From Eledone cirrhosa (lineage: Eukaryota), in NCBI GenBank assembly GCA_964016885.1, contig OZ024741.1:402876001-402940000 (forward strand): a stretch of DNA of 64,000 nucleotides, written 5' to 3'. Of this stretch, positions 20,900 through 32,700 are shown piece after piece; position 1 is the stretch's first letter, and every line of letters begins with the position of its first letter. The notes below the pieces were generated by a model, which worked only from the letters and a program-made list of their open reading frames with translations, searched no databases and was not told the origin of the DNA. The position numbers were made by a program, and so were the translations under genes.

Positions 20900-22020
20900 T
20901 AGATGACTTGGTAAACACCCACAAAATTATTAACCATCTTGCCAACAACAACCCTGAGCACCTTTTTGAATTCCATGTGTCTAACACACGTGGGCATACC
21001 AACAAAGTCAGAAAACAGCACAGATCCGATGACTTTCGGAAACATTTTTTCACGCTCAGAGTTGCTGAAGCATGGAACAAACTACCTGCATCAGTTGTTA
21101 GCTGTCGAGACACTGCATCCTTTAAAACCTCCATGGAACAAACTACCAGCATCAGTTATTAGCTGTCGAGACACTACATCCTTTAAAACCTCCATGGAAC
21201 AAACTCCCTGCATCAGTTGTTAGCTGTCGAGACACTGCATCCTTTAAACCTCCATGAAACAAACTACATGCATCAGTTGTTAGCTGTCGAGACACTGCAT
21301 CCTTTAAAACCTCCATGGAACAAACTACCAGCATCAGTTGTTAGCTGTCAAGACACTGCATCCTTTAAAACCTCCATGGAACAAACTACCTGCCTCAGTT
21401 GTTAGCTGTCGAGACACTGCATCCTTTAAAACCTCCATAGAACAAACTAACTACATCAGTTGTTAGCTGTCGAGACACTGCATCCTTTAAAACCTCCATG
21501 GAACAAACTCCCTGCACCAGTTGTTAGCTGTCGAGACACTGCATCCTTTAAAACCTCCATGAAACAAACTACATGCATCAGTTGTTAGCTGTCGAGACAC
21601 TGCATCCTTTAAAACCTCCATGAAACAAACTACATGCATCAGTTGTTAGCTGTCGAGACACTGCATCCTTTAAAACCTCCATGGAACAAACTACCTACAT
21701 CAGTTGTTAGCTGTCGAGACACTGCATCCTTTAAAACCTCCATGGAACAAACTACCTGCATCAGTTGTTAGCTGTCGAGAACTGCATCCTTTAAAACCTC
21801 CATGGAACAAACTACCTGCATCAGTTATTAGCTACCAAGACACTGTATCCTTTAAAACCTCCATGCATCCAGAGATTCGCCAACACTACACCATATACAT
21901 ACACACATGTATATCATGACTCATACACTGTTCACTTTCCTGACATTTGTATATTATTCTATGTACTATACATGCACCTTTGATGAGTTGTACACAATAA
22001 TTTCATTATTATCATTATTA
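20900..22020 (+). mobile_element. CR1-like LINE 3' end with internal tandem expansion
   Basis: Encodes NTRGHTNKVRKQ...FRKHFFTLRVAEAWNKLPASVV...ASFK, the typical CR1 ORF2 C-terminus. The 3' UTR ends in (ATT)n. Confidence 0.88.
21071..21865. repeat. 61-bp minisatellite (13 units) derived from CR1 coding sequence
   Basis: CATGGAACAAACTACCTGCATCAGTTGTTAGCTGTCGAGACACTGCATCCTTTAAAACCTC repeated; two units have 1-bp deletions. Confidence 0.97.
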
Positions 22021-22031
22021 TTATGATAAGA

Positions 22032-22226
22032 GGGCAGTGGATTAGCAGTATCGGTAGAGGGTCGGACGCCATGCTTTGATGCAAATAGTTACGGCCCTTA
22101 TGGTCTGAGTTCAAATCCCGCCGAGGTTAACTTTGCCTTTCATCCTTATGGGGTCGGTAAAATAAAGTACCAGTAATGTTCTGGGATAATTGCTGGCCTT
22201 GTGCCAAAAGTAGAAACAATTATTAT
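22032..22226 (+). mobile_element. SINE family A
   Basis: Full-length match to 16778-16970. Confidence 0.85.
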
Positions 22227-22400
22227 GATAAAATTGACCCAAGTATGTTGCTGGTACTTTTTTTCTTGACTCCAACTCCTTTTCTTGACTTCAAAAAGAT
22301 GAAATGCCAAGTACACTCTAGAGGGTTTTGAACTTAGAATGTGTAGTAATGAGTCTAACATCAAATAATCAACTATTTTTCTAACCATCCATCTAAAAAG

Positions 22401-22431
22401 ATGGACAGAAAGTATTACTACTCTTTTATAT
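22401..22431 (+). CDS. Possible 31-nt micro-exon 4
   Basis: Branch-like TTCTAAC at about 22379, weak acceptor aaaaag|, strong donor TAT|gtgagt. Reads a+WTESITTLLY in phase with exon 3. Confidence 0.3.
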
Positions 22432-22622
22432 GTGAGTATTTGAACAAGAAATATTGGGGTCAGGTGGAAACAGATGGTTCTGACAGGACCTACTTGAAGG
22501 AGTGTTTGAGGACTCTGTCTCCATGACGCTCCCAAGAATAAGTGGCTGAGAAGAAGAAGAAGAAGAAGATTTGTCTCAGGTGGACATTAACAAACTGATT
22601 AAATGAAGTGGTGACTTCAATG

Positions 22623-22658
<36 letters not shown>

Positions 22659-22659
22659 T

Positions 22660-22700
<41 letters not shown>

Positions 22701-22888
22701 TATCATCATCATCATTATCATTATCACCATCATTATCATCATCACTCCCATCATCACCATCACCATCATCATCACCATCACCATCATCATCATCGTCATC
22801 ATCGTCATCATCACCATCATCATCATTATTATCTTCATTACCATTATCACCGTCATCATCACCATCATCATCATCATCATTACCATCA
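22623..22888. repeat. (CAT)n microsatellite
   Basis: Direct reading of the sequence. Confidence 0.97.
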
Positions 22889-23054
22889 TAAAAAAAACAT
22901 GTAAACACATTTGCTTTTTTTTTAAGATTGACCAATTTACACAAAGTCTGGTGTTTATCCTAGATTCATGAGGTGTTAAGCAACTGAAAGCACAAGACTT
23001 CCTCATGGATGAGACACCACCCTGTCCTAGGATTATTCTCACCCCACATGTATA

Positions 23055-23197
23055 GCTGGTACTCATCTTCAGCTGAGTCAACTTGAGCAACTGGAAATGA
23101 AGTGTATTGTTCAAGGGACATAACACACAACTCAATCTGGAAATCAAACCCACAACCTCATGATGCGAAGAGCAACACTCTACCCACTAGACCACAT
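23055..23197 (-). mobile_element. Diverged SINE family B
   Basis: CAGCTGAGTCAACTTGAGCAACTGGAAATGAAGTGTATTGTTCAAGGGACATAACAC matches the other family B copies. Confidence 0.65.
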
Positions 23198-23306
23198 GTC
23201 ATTACAAGAGGAAATGATTGAGTGAAAGAGTAACTAGTCTGTTAGTCATTCCAAACACTATAATATGCTGTCATCTTCTTTCTACTCTACTATTGGTTTT
23301 TAATTA

Positions 23307-23510
23307 AGGCACAAGGCCAACAATTTTGGGAGAAAGGAAAGTCAATTAAATCGACACCAGTGCATTACTGGTACTTTGTTTTATCAACCCCGTATGGATG
23401 AAAGATAAAGTTAACCTCAGCAGGATTTGAAGTCAGATCGTAAAGGGGAGTAACTCTATGCCATAAAGCATGTTGTCCAACACTCCACCGATACTGTCCA
23501 TCCACCACCC
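23307..23510 (-). mobile_element. SINE family A, long variant
   Basis: Matches 2990-3190. Confidence 0.8.
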
Positions 23511-23744
23511 TATCTGCTTTAATGTTGAGGTCTGGCTTGACTGTTCTTTCTTTCTTTGGAGACTTCCTACCAAACTCTAGCTTCTTGGAATCTCAGGAAC
23601 TCACAATCTTTCTTTGACAACAAAATAGGGATTCCATTTGGTTTTTATGAAGGGCATCCAGTCATAGAAGCCTTGCCAAAAAAGGGGTTAGTCAGATCTT
23701 GCAGTTTGTGTCAAAAGACATGACATGCAACTTCACCTCTGTAC

Positions 23745-26700
23745 TCCAGTGTGTGGTCTACCTGGTCATTTACAATTCAATGTGTGATCTACCTGGTAAT
23801 TTACATTACAGTGTGTGGTCTACCTGGTCATTTACAATTCAATGTGTGATCTACCTGGTAATTTACATTACAGTGTGTGGTCTACCTGGTCATTTACAAT
23901 TCAATGTGTGATCTACCTGGTCATTTACATTACAGTGTGTGGTCTACCTGGTCATTTACAGTCCAGTGTGTGGTCTACCTGGTCATTTACAGTCCAGTGT
24001 GTGGTCTACCTGGTCATTTACATTACAGTGTGTCGTCTACCTGGTCATTTACAGTCCTGTGTGTGGTCTACCTGGTCATTTACAGTCCAGTGTGTGGTCT
24101 ACCTGGTCATTTACAGTCCTGTGTGTGGTCTACCTGGTCATTTACAGTCCAGTGTGTCGTCTACCTGGTCATTTACATTACAGTGTGTCGTCTACCTGGT
24201 CATTTACATTACAGTGTGTCGTCTACCTGGTCATTTACAGTCCAGTGTGTGGTCTACCTGGTCATTTACAGTCCAGTGTGTGGTCTACCTGGTCATTTAC
24301 ATTACAGTGTGTCGTCTACCTGGTCATTTACATTACAGTGTGTGGTCTACCTGGTCATTTACAGTCCAGTGTGTGGTCTACCTGGTCATTTACAGTTCAG
24401 TGTGTGGTCTACCTGGTCATTTACAATTCAATGTGTGGTCTACCTGGTCATTTACATTACAGTGTGTCGTCTACCTGGTCATTTACAGTACTGTGTGTGG
24501 TCTACCTGGTCATTTACAATTCAATGTGTGATCTACCTGGTCATTTACATTACAGTGTGTGGTCTACCTGGTCATTTACAATTCAATGTGTGATCTACCT
24601 GGTCATTTACATTACAGTGTGTGGTCTACCTGGTCATTTACAATTCAATGTGTGATCTACCTGGTCATTTACATTACAGTGTGTGGTCTACCTGGTCATT
24701 TACAGTCCAGTGTGTGGTCTACCTGGTCATTTACAGTCCAGTGTGTGGTCTACCTGGTCATTTACAGTCCAGTGTGTGATCTACCTGGTCATTTACATTA
24801 CAGTGTGTGGTCTACCTGGTCATTTACAGTCCAGTGTGTGGTCTACCTGGTCATTTACAGTCCAGTGTGTGGTCTACCTGGTCATTTACAGTCCAGTGTG
24901 TGGTCTACCTGGTCATTTACAGTCCAGTGTGTGGTCTACCTGGTCATTTACAGTCCTGTGTGTGGTCTACCTGGTCATTTACATTACAGTGTGTCGTCTA
25001 CCTGGTCATTTACATTACAGTGTGTCGTCTACCTGGTCATTTACATTACAGTGTGTCGTCTACCTGGTCATTTACAGTCCAGTGTGTGGTCTACCTGGTC
25101 ATTTACATTACAGTGTGTCGTCTACCTGGTCATTTACATTACAGTGTGTCGTCTACCTGGTCATTTACAGTCCAGTGTGTGGTCTACCTGGTCATTTACA
25201 TTACAGTGTGTCGTCTACCTGGTCATTTACATTACAGTGTGTCGTCTACCTGGTCATTTACATTACAGTGTGTGATCTACCTGGTCATTTACATTACAGT
25301 GTGTGGTCTACCTGGTCATTTACAGTCCAGTGTGTGGTCTACCTGGTCATTTACAGTCCAGTGTGTGGTCTACCTGGTCATTTACATTACAGTGTGTGGT
25401 CTACCTGGTCATTTACAGTCCAGTGTGTGGTCTACCTGGTCATTTACAGTCCAGTGTGTGGTCTACCTGGTCATTTACAGTCCAGTGTGTGATCTACCTG
25501 GTCATTTACATTACAGTGTGTGGTCTACCTGGTCATTTACAGTCCAGTGTGTGGTCTACCTGGTCATTTACAGTCCAGTGTGTGGTCTACCTGGTCATTT
25601 ACAGTCCAGTGTGTGGTCTACCTGGTCATTTACAGTCCTGTGTGTGGTCTACCTGGTCATTTACATTACAGTGTGTCGTCTACCTGGTCATTTACATTAC
25701 AGTGTGTCGTCTACCTGGTCATTTACATTACAGTGTGTCGTCTACCTGGTCATTTACAGTCCAGTGTGTGGTCTACCTGGTCATTTACAGTCCTGTGTGT
25801 GGTCTACCTGGTCATTTACATTACAGTGTGTGGTCTACCTGGTCATTTACAGTCCTGTGTGTGGTCTACCTGGTCATTTACAGTCCTGTGTGTGGTCTAG
25901 CTGGTCATTTACAGTCCTGTGTGTGGTCTACCTGGTCATTTACAGTCCTGTGTGTGGTCTACCTGGTCATTTACAGTCCTGTGTGTGGTCTACCTGGTCA
26001 TTTACAGTCCTGTGTGTGGTCTACCTGGTCATTTACAGTCCTGTGTGTGGTCTACCTGGTCATTTACAGTCCTGTGTGTGGTCTACCTGGTCATTTACAT
26101 TACAGTGTGTGGTCTACCTGGTCATTTACAGTTCAGTGTGTGGTCTACCTGGTCATTTACATTACAGTGTGTGGTCTACCTGGTCATTTACAGTCCAGTG
26201 TGTGGTCTACCTGGTCATTTACAGTCCTGTGTGTGGTCTACCTGGTCATTTACAGTCCTGTGTGTGGTCTACCTGGTCATTTACAGTCCTGTGTGTGGTC
26301 TACCTGGTCATTTACAGTCCTGTGTGTGGTCTACCTGGTCATTTACAGTCCAGTGTGTGGTCTACCTGGTCATTTACAGTCCTGTGTGTGGTCTACCTGG
26401 TCATTTACAGTCCTGTGTGTGGTCTACCTGGTCATTTACAGTCCTGTGTGTGGTCTACCTGGTCATTTACATTACAGTGTGTGGTCTACCTGGTCATTTA
26501 CAGTTCAGTGTGTGGTCTACCTGGTCATTTACATTACAGTGTGTGGTCTACCTGGTCATTTACAGTCCAGTGTGTGGTCTACCTGGTCATTTACAGTCCT
26601 GTGTGTGGTCTACCTGGTCATTTACAGTCCTGTGTGTGGTCTACCTGGTCATTTACAGTCCTGTGTGTGGTCTACCTGGTCATTTACAGTCCTGTGTGTG

Positions 26701-29700
26701 GTCTACCTGGTCATTTACAGTCCAGTGTGTGGTCTACCTGGTCATTTACAGTCCTGTGTGTGGTCTACCTGGTCATTTACAGTCCTGTGTGTGGTCTACC
26801 TGGTCATTTACAGTCCTGTGTGTGGTCTACCTGGTCATTTACATTACAGTGTGTGGTCTACCTGGTCATTTACAGTTCAGTGTGTGGTCTACCTGGTCAT
26901 TTACATTACAGTGTGTGGTCTACCTGGTCATTTACAGTCCAGTGTGTGGTCTACCTGGTCATTTACAGTCCTGTGTGTGGTCTACCTGGTCATTTACATT
27001 ACAGTGTGTGGTCTACCAAGTCATTTACATTACAGTGTGTGGTCTACCTGGTCATTTACAGTCCTGTGTGTGGTCTACCTGGTCATTTACATTACAGTGT
27101 GTGGTCTACCTAGTCATTTACATTCCAGTGTGTGGTCTACCTGGTCATTTACAGTCCAGTGTGTGGTCTACCTGGTCATTTACAGTCCTGTGTGTGGTCT
27201 ACCTGGTCATTTACATTACAGTGTGTGGTCTACCTAGTCATTTACATTACAGTGTGTGGTCTACCTGGTCATTTACAGTCCTGTGTGTGGTCTACCTGGT
27301 CATTTACATTACAGTGTGTGGTCTACCTGGTCATTTACAGTACAGTGTGTGGTCTACCTGGTCATTTACAGTCCTGTGTGTGGTCTACCTGGTCATTTAC
27401 AGTACAGTGTGTGGTCTACCTGGTCATTTACAGTACAGTGTCTGGTCTACCTAGTCATTTACAGTCCAGTGTGTGGTCTACCAGGTCATTTACAGTCCTG
27501 TGTGTGGTCTACCTGGTCATTTACAGTCCTGTGTGTGGTCTACCAGGTCATTTACAGTCCTGTGTGTGGTCTACCTGGTCATTTACATTACAGTGTCTGG
27601 TCTACCTGGTCATTTACAGTCCAGTGTGTGGTCTACCTGGTCATTTACATTACAGTGTCTGGTCTACCTGGTGATTTACATTACAGTGTGTGGTCTACCT
27701 GGTCATTTACAGTCCTGTGTGTGGTCTACCAGGTCATTTACAGTCCTGTGTGTGGTCTACCTGGTCATTTACATTACAGTGTCTGGTCTACCTGGTCATT
27801 TACAGTCCAGTGTGTGGTCTACCTGGTCATTTACATTACAGTGTCTGGTCTACCTGGTCATTTACATTACAGTGTGTGGTCTACCTGGTCATTTACAGTC
27901 CTGTGTGTGGTCTACCTGGTCATTTACAGTCCTGTGTGTGGTCTACCTGGTCATTTACAGTACAGTGTGTGGTCTACCTGGTCATTTACAGTCCTGTGTG
28001 TGGTCTACCTGGTCATTTACATTACAGTGTGTGGTCTACCTAGTCATTTACAGTCCAGTGTGTGGTCTACCTGGTCATTTACAGTCCAGTGTGTGGTCTA
28101 CCTGGTCATTTACAGTCATGTGTGTGGTCTACCTGGTCATTTACATTACAGTGTGTGGTCTACCTGGTCATTTACAGTCCTGTGTGTGGTCTACCAGGTC
28201 ATTTACAGTCCAGTGTGTGGTCTACCTGGTCATTTACAGTCATGTGTGTGGTCTACCTGGTCATTTACATTACAGTGTCTGGTCTACCTGGTCATTTAGA
28301 GTCCTGTGTGTGGTCTACCTGGTCATTTACATTACAGTGTCTGGTCTACCTGGTCATTTACATTACAGTGTCTGGTCTACCTGGTCATTTACAGTCCAGT
28401 GTGTGGTCTACCTGGTCATTTACATTACAGTGTCTGGTCTACCTGGTCATTTACATTACAGTGTCTGGTCTACCTGGTCATTTACAGTCCAGTGTGTGGT
28501 CTACCTGGTCATTTACATTACAGTGTCTGGTCTAACTGGTCATTTACAGTCCAGTGTGTGGTCTACCTGGTCATTTACAGTCCAGTGTGTGGTCTACCTG
28601 GTCATTTACATTACAGTGTGTGGTCTACCAGGTCATTTACAGTCCTGTGTGTGGTCTACCTGGTCATTTACAGTCCTGTGTGTGGTCTACCTGGTCATTT
28701 ACAGTCCAGTGTGTGGTCTACCTGGTCATTTACATTACAGTGTGTGGTCTACCTGGTCATTTACAGTCCTGTGTGTGGTCTACCTGGTCATTTACAGTAC
28801 AGTGTGTGGTCTACCTAGTCATTTACATTACAGTGTGTGGTCTACCTGGTCATTTACAGTCCAGTGTGTGGTCTACCTGGTCATTTACAGTCCTGTGTGT
28901 GGTCTACCTGGTCATTTACAGTACGGTGTGTGGTCTACCTGGTCATTTACAGTCCTGTGTGTGGTCTACCAGGTCATTTACAGTACAGTGTGTGGTCTAC
29001 CTAGTCATTTACATTACAGTGTGTGGTCTACCAGGTCATTTACAGTCCTGTGTGTGGTCTACCTGGTCATTTACAGTCCTGTGTGTGGTCTACCTGGTCA
29101 TTTACAGTACAGTGTGTGGTCTACCTGGTCATTTACAGTCCTGTGTGTGGTCTACCTGGTCATTTACAGTACAGTGTGTGGTCTACCTGGTCATTTACAG
29201 TCCAGTGTGTGGTCTACCTGGTCATTTACAGTCCTGTGTTTGGTCTACCAGGTCATTTACAGTCCTGTGTGTGGTCTACCAGGTCATTTACAGTCCTGTG
29301 TGTGGTCTACCTGGTCATTTACAGTACAGTGTGTGGTCTACCTGGTCATTTACAGTCCTGTGTGTGGTCTAGCTGGTCATTTACAGTACAGTGTGTGGTC
29401 TACCTGGTCATTTACAGTCCAGTGTGTGGTCTACCAGGTCATTTACAGTCCTGTGTGTGGTCTACCTGGTCATTTACAGTCCTGTGTGGTCTACCTGGTC
29501 ATTTACAGTCCTGTGTGTGGTCGACCTGGTCATTTACATTACAGTGTGTGGTCTACCTGGTCATTTACAGTCCAGTGTGTGGTCTACCTGGTCATTTACA
29601 TTACAGTGTGTGGTCTACCTGGTCATTTACATTACAGTGTCTGGTCTACCTGGTCATTTACAGTCCAGTGTGTGGTCTACCTGGTCATTTACATTACAGT

Positions 29701-32700
29701 GTCTGGTCTACCTGGTCATTTACAGTCCAGTGTGTGGTCTACCTGGTCATTTACATTACAGTGTCTGGTCTACCTGGTCATTTACATTACAGTGTCTGGT
29801 CTACCTGGTCATTTACATTACAGTGTCTGGTCTACCTGGTCATTCACAGTCCAGTGTGTGGTCTACCTGGTCATTTACATTACAGTGTCTGGTCTACCTG
29901 GTCATTTACAGTCCAGTGTGTGGTCTACCTGGTCATTTACATTACAGTGTCTGGTCTACCTGGTCATTTACATTACAGTGTCTGGTCTACCTGGTAATTT
30001 ACAGTCCAGTGTGTGGTCTACCTGGTCATTTACATTACAGTGTCTGGTCTACCTGGTCATTTACAGTCCAGTGTGTGGTCTACCTGGTCATTTACACTAC
30101 AGTGTCTGGTCTACCTGGTCATTTACAGTCCAGTGTGTGGTCTACCTGGTCATTTACAGTCCAGTGTGTGGTCTACCTGGTCATTTACATTACAGTCCTG
30201 TGTGTGGTCTACCTGGTCATTTACAGTCCTGTGTGTGGTCTACCTGGTCATTTACAGTCCTGTGTGTGGTCTACCTGGTCATTTACAGTCCAGTGTGTGG
30301 TCTACCTGGTCATTTACATTACAGTCTGTGGTCTACCTGGTCATTTACAGTCCTGTGTGTGGTCTACCTGGTCATTTACAGTCCTGTGTGTAGTCTACCT
30401 GGTCATTTACAGTACAGTGTGTGGTCTACCTAGTCATTTACATTACAGTGTGTGGTCTACCTGGTCATTTACAGTCCTGTGTGTGGTCTACCTGGTCATT
30501 TACAGTCCTGTGTGTGGTCTACCAGGTCATTTACAGTACAGTGTGTGGTCTACCTAGTCATTTACATTACAGTGTGTGGTCTACCAGGTCATTTACAGTC
30601 CTGTGTGTGGTCTACCTGGTCATTTACAGTCCTGTGTGTGGTCTACCTGGTCATTTACAGTACAGTGTGTGGTCTACCTAGTCATTTACATTACAGTGTG
30701 TGGTCTACCTGGTCATTTACAGTACAGTGTGTGGTCTACCTGGTCATTTACAGTCCTGTGTGTGGTCTACCTGGTCATTTACAGTACAGTGTGTGGTCTA
30801 CCTGGTCATTTACTGTCCAGTGTGTGGTCTACCTGGTCATTTACAGTCCTGTGTGTGGTCTACCAGGTCATTTACAGTCCTGTGTGTGGTCTACCTGGTC
30901 ATTTACAGTACAGTGTGTGGTCTACCTGGTCATTTACAGTCCTGTGTGTGGTCTACCTGGTCATTTACAGTACAGTGTGTGGTCTACCTGGTCATTTACA
31001 GTCCTGTGTGTGGTCTACCTGGTCATTTACAGTACAGTGTGTGGTCTACCTGGTCATTTACAGTACAGTGTGTGGTCTACCTGGTCATTTACAGTCCTGT
31101 GTGTGGTCTACCTGGTCATTTACAGTACAGTGTGTGGTCTACCTGGTCATTTACTGTCCAGTGTGTGGTCTACCTGGTCATTTACAGTCCTGTGTGTGGT
31201 CTACCAGGTCATTTACAGTCCTGTGTGTGGTCTACCTGGTCATTTACAGTACAGTGTGTGGTCTACCTGGTCATTTACAGTCCTGTGTGTGGTCTACCTG
31301 GTCATTTACAGTACAGTGTGTGGTCTACCTGGTCATTTACTGTCCAGTGTGTGGTCTACCAGGTCATTTACAGTCCTGTGTGTGGTCTACCTGGTCATTT
31401 ACAGTCCTGTGTGTGGTCTACCTGGTCATTTACAGTCCTGTGTGTGGTCTACCTGGTCATTTACATTACAGTGTGTGGTCTACCTGGTCATTTACAGTCC
31501 AGTGTGTGGTCTACCTGGTCATTTACATTACAGTGTCTGGTCTACCTGGTCATTTACATTACAGTGTCTGGTCTACCTGGTCATTTACAGTCCAGTGTGT
31601 GGTCTACCTGGTCATTTACATTACAGTGTCTGGTCTACCTGGTCATTTACAGTCCAGTGTTTGGTCTACCTTGTCATTTACAGTCCAGTGTGTGGTCTAC
31701 CTGGTCATTTACATTACAGTGTCTGGTCTACCTGGTCATTTACAGTCCAGTGTGTGGTCTACCTGGTCATTTACAGTCCAGTGTGTGGTCTACCTGGTCA
31801 TTTACATTACAGTGTCTGGTCTACCTGGTCATTTACAGTCCAGTGTGTGGTCTACCTGGTCATTTACATTACAGTGTGTGGTCTACCTGGTCATTTACAG
31901 TCCAGTGTGTGGTCTACCTGGTCATTTACAGTCCTGTGTGTGGTCTACCTGGTCATTTACATTACAGTGTCTGGTCTACCTGGTCATTTACAGTCCAGTG
32001 TGTGGTCTACCTGGTCATTTACATTACAGTGTCTGGTCTACCTGGTCATTTACAGTCCAGTGTGTGGTCTACCTGGTCATTTACATTACAGTGTCTGGTC
32101 TACCTGGTCATTTACATTACAGTGTCTGGTCTACCTGGTCATTTACAGTCCAGTGTGTGGTCTACCTGGTCATTTACATTACAGTGTCTGGTCTACCTGG
32201 TCATTTACAGTCCAGTGTGTGGTCTACCTGGTCATTTACAGTCCAGTGTGTGGTCTACCTGGTCATTTACAGTCCAGTGTGTGGTCTACCTGGTCATTTA
32301 TAGTTCAGTGTGTGGTCTACCAGGTCATTTACATTACAGTGTGTGGTCTACCTGGTCATTTACAATCCTGTGTGTGGTCTACCTAGTCATTTACAGTACA
32401 GTGTGTGGTCTACCTGGTCATTTACAGTCCAGTGTGTGGTCTACCTGGTCATTTACATTACAGTGTCTGGTCTACCTGGTCATTTACAGTCCAGTGTGTG
32501 GTCTACCTGGTCATTTACAGTCCAGTGTGTGGTCTACCTGGTCATTTACATTACAGTGTGTGGTCTACCTGGTCATTTACAGTCCTGTGTGTGGTCTACC
32601 TGGTCATTTACAGTACAGTGTGTGGTCTACCTGGTCATTTACATTACAGTGTGTGGTCTACCTGGTCATTTACAGTCCTGTGTGTGGTCTACCTGGTCAT

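Noticed and set aside
22576-23153. Poly-Asp/His/Met ORFs
   Set aside because: Translations of (CAT)n.
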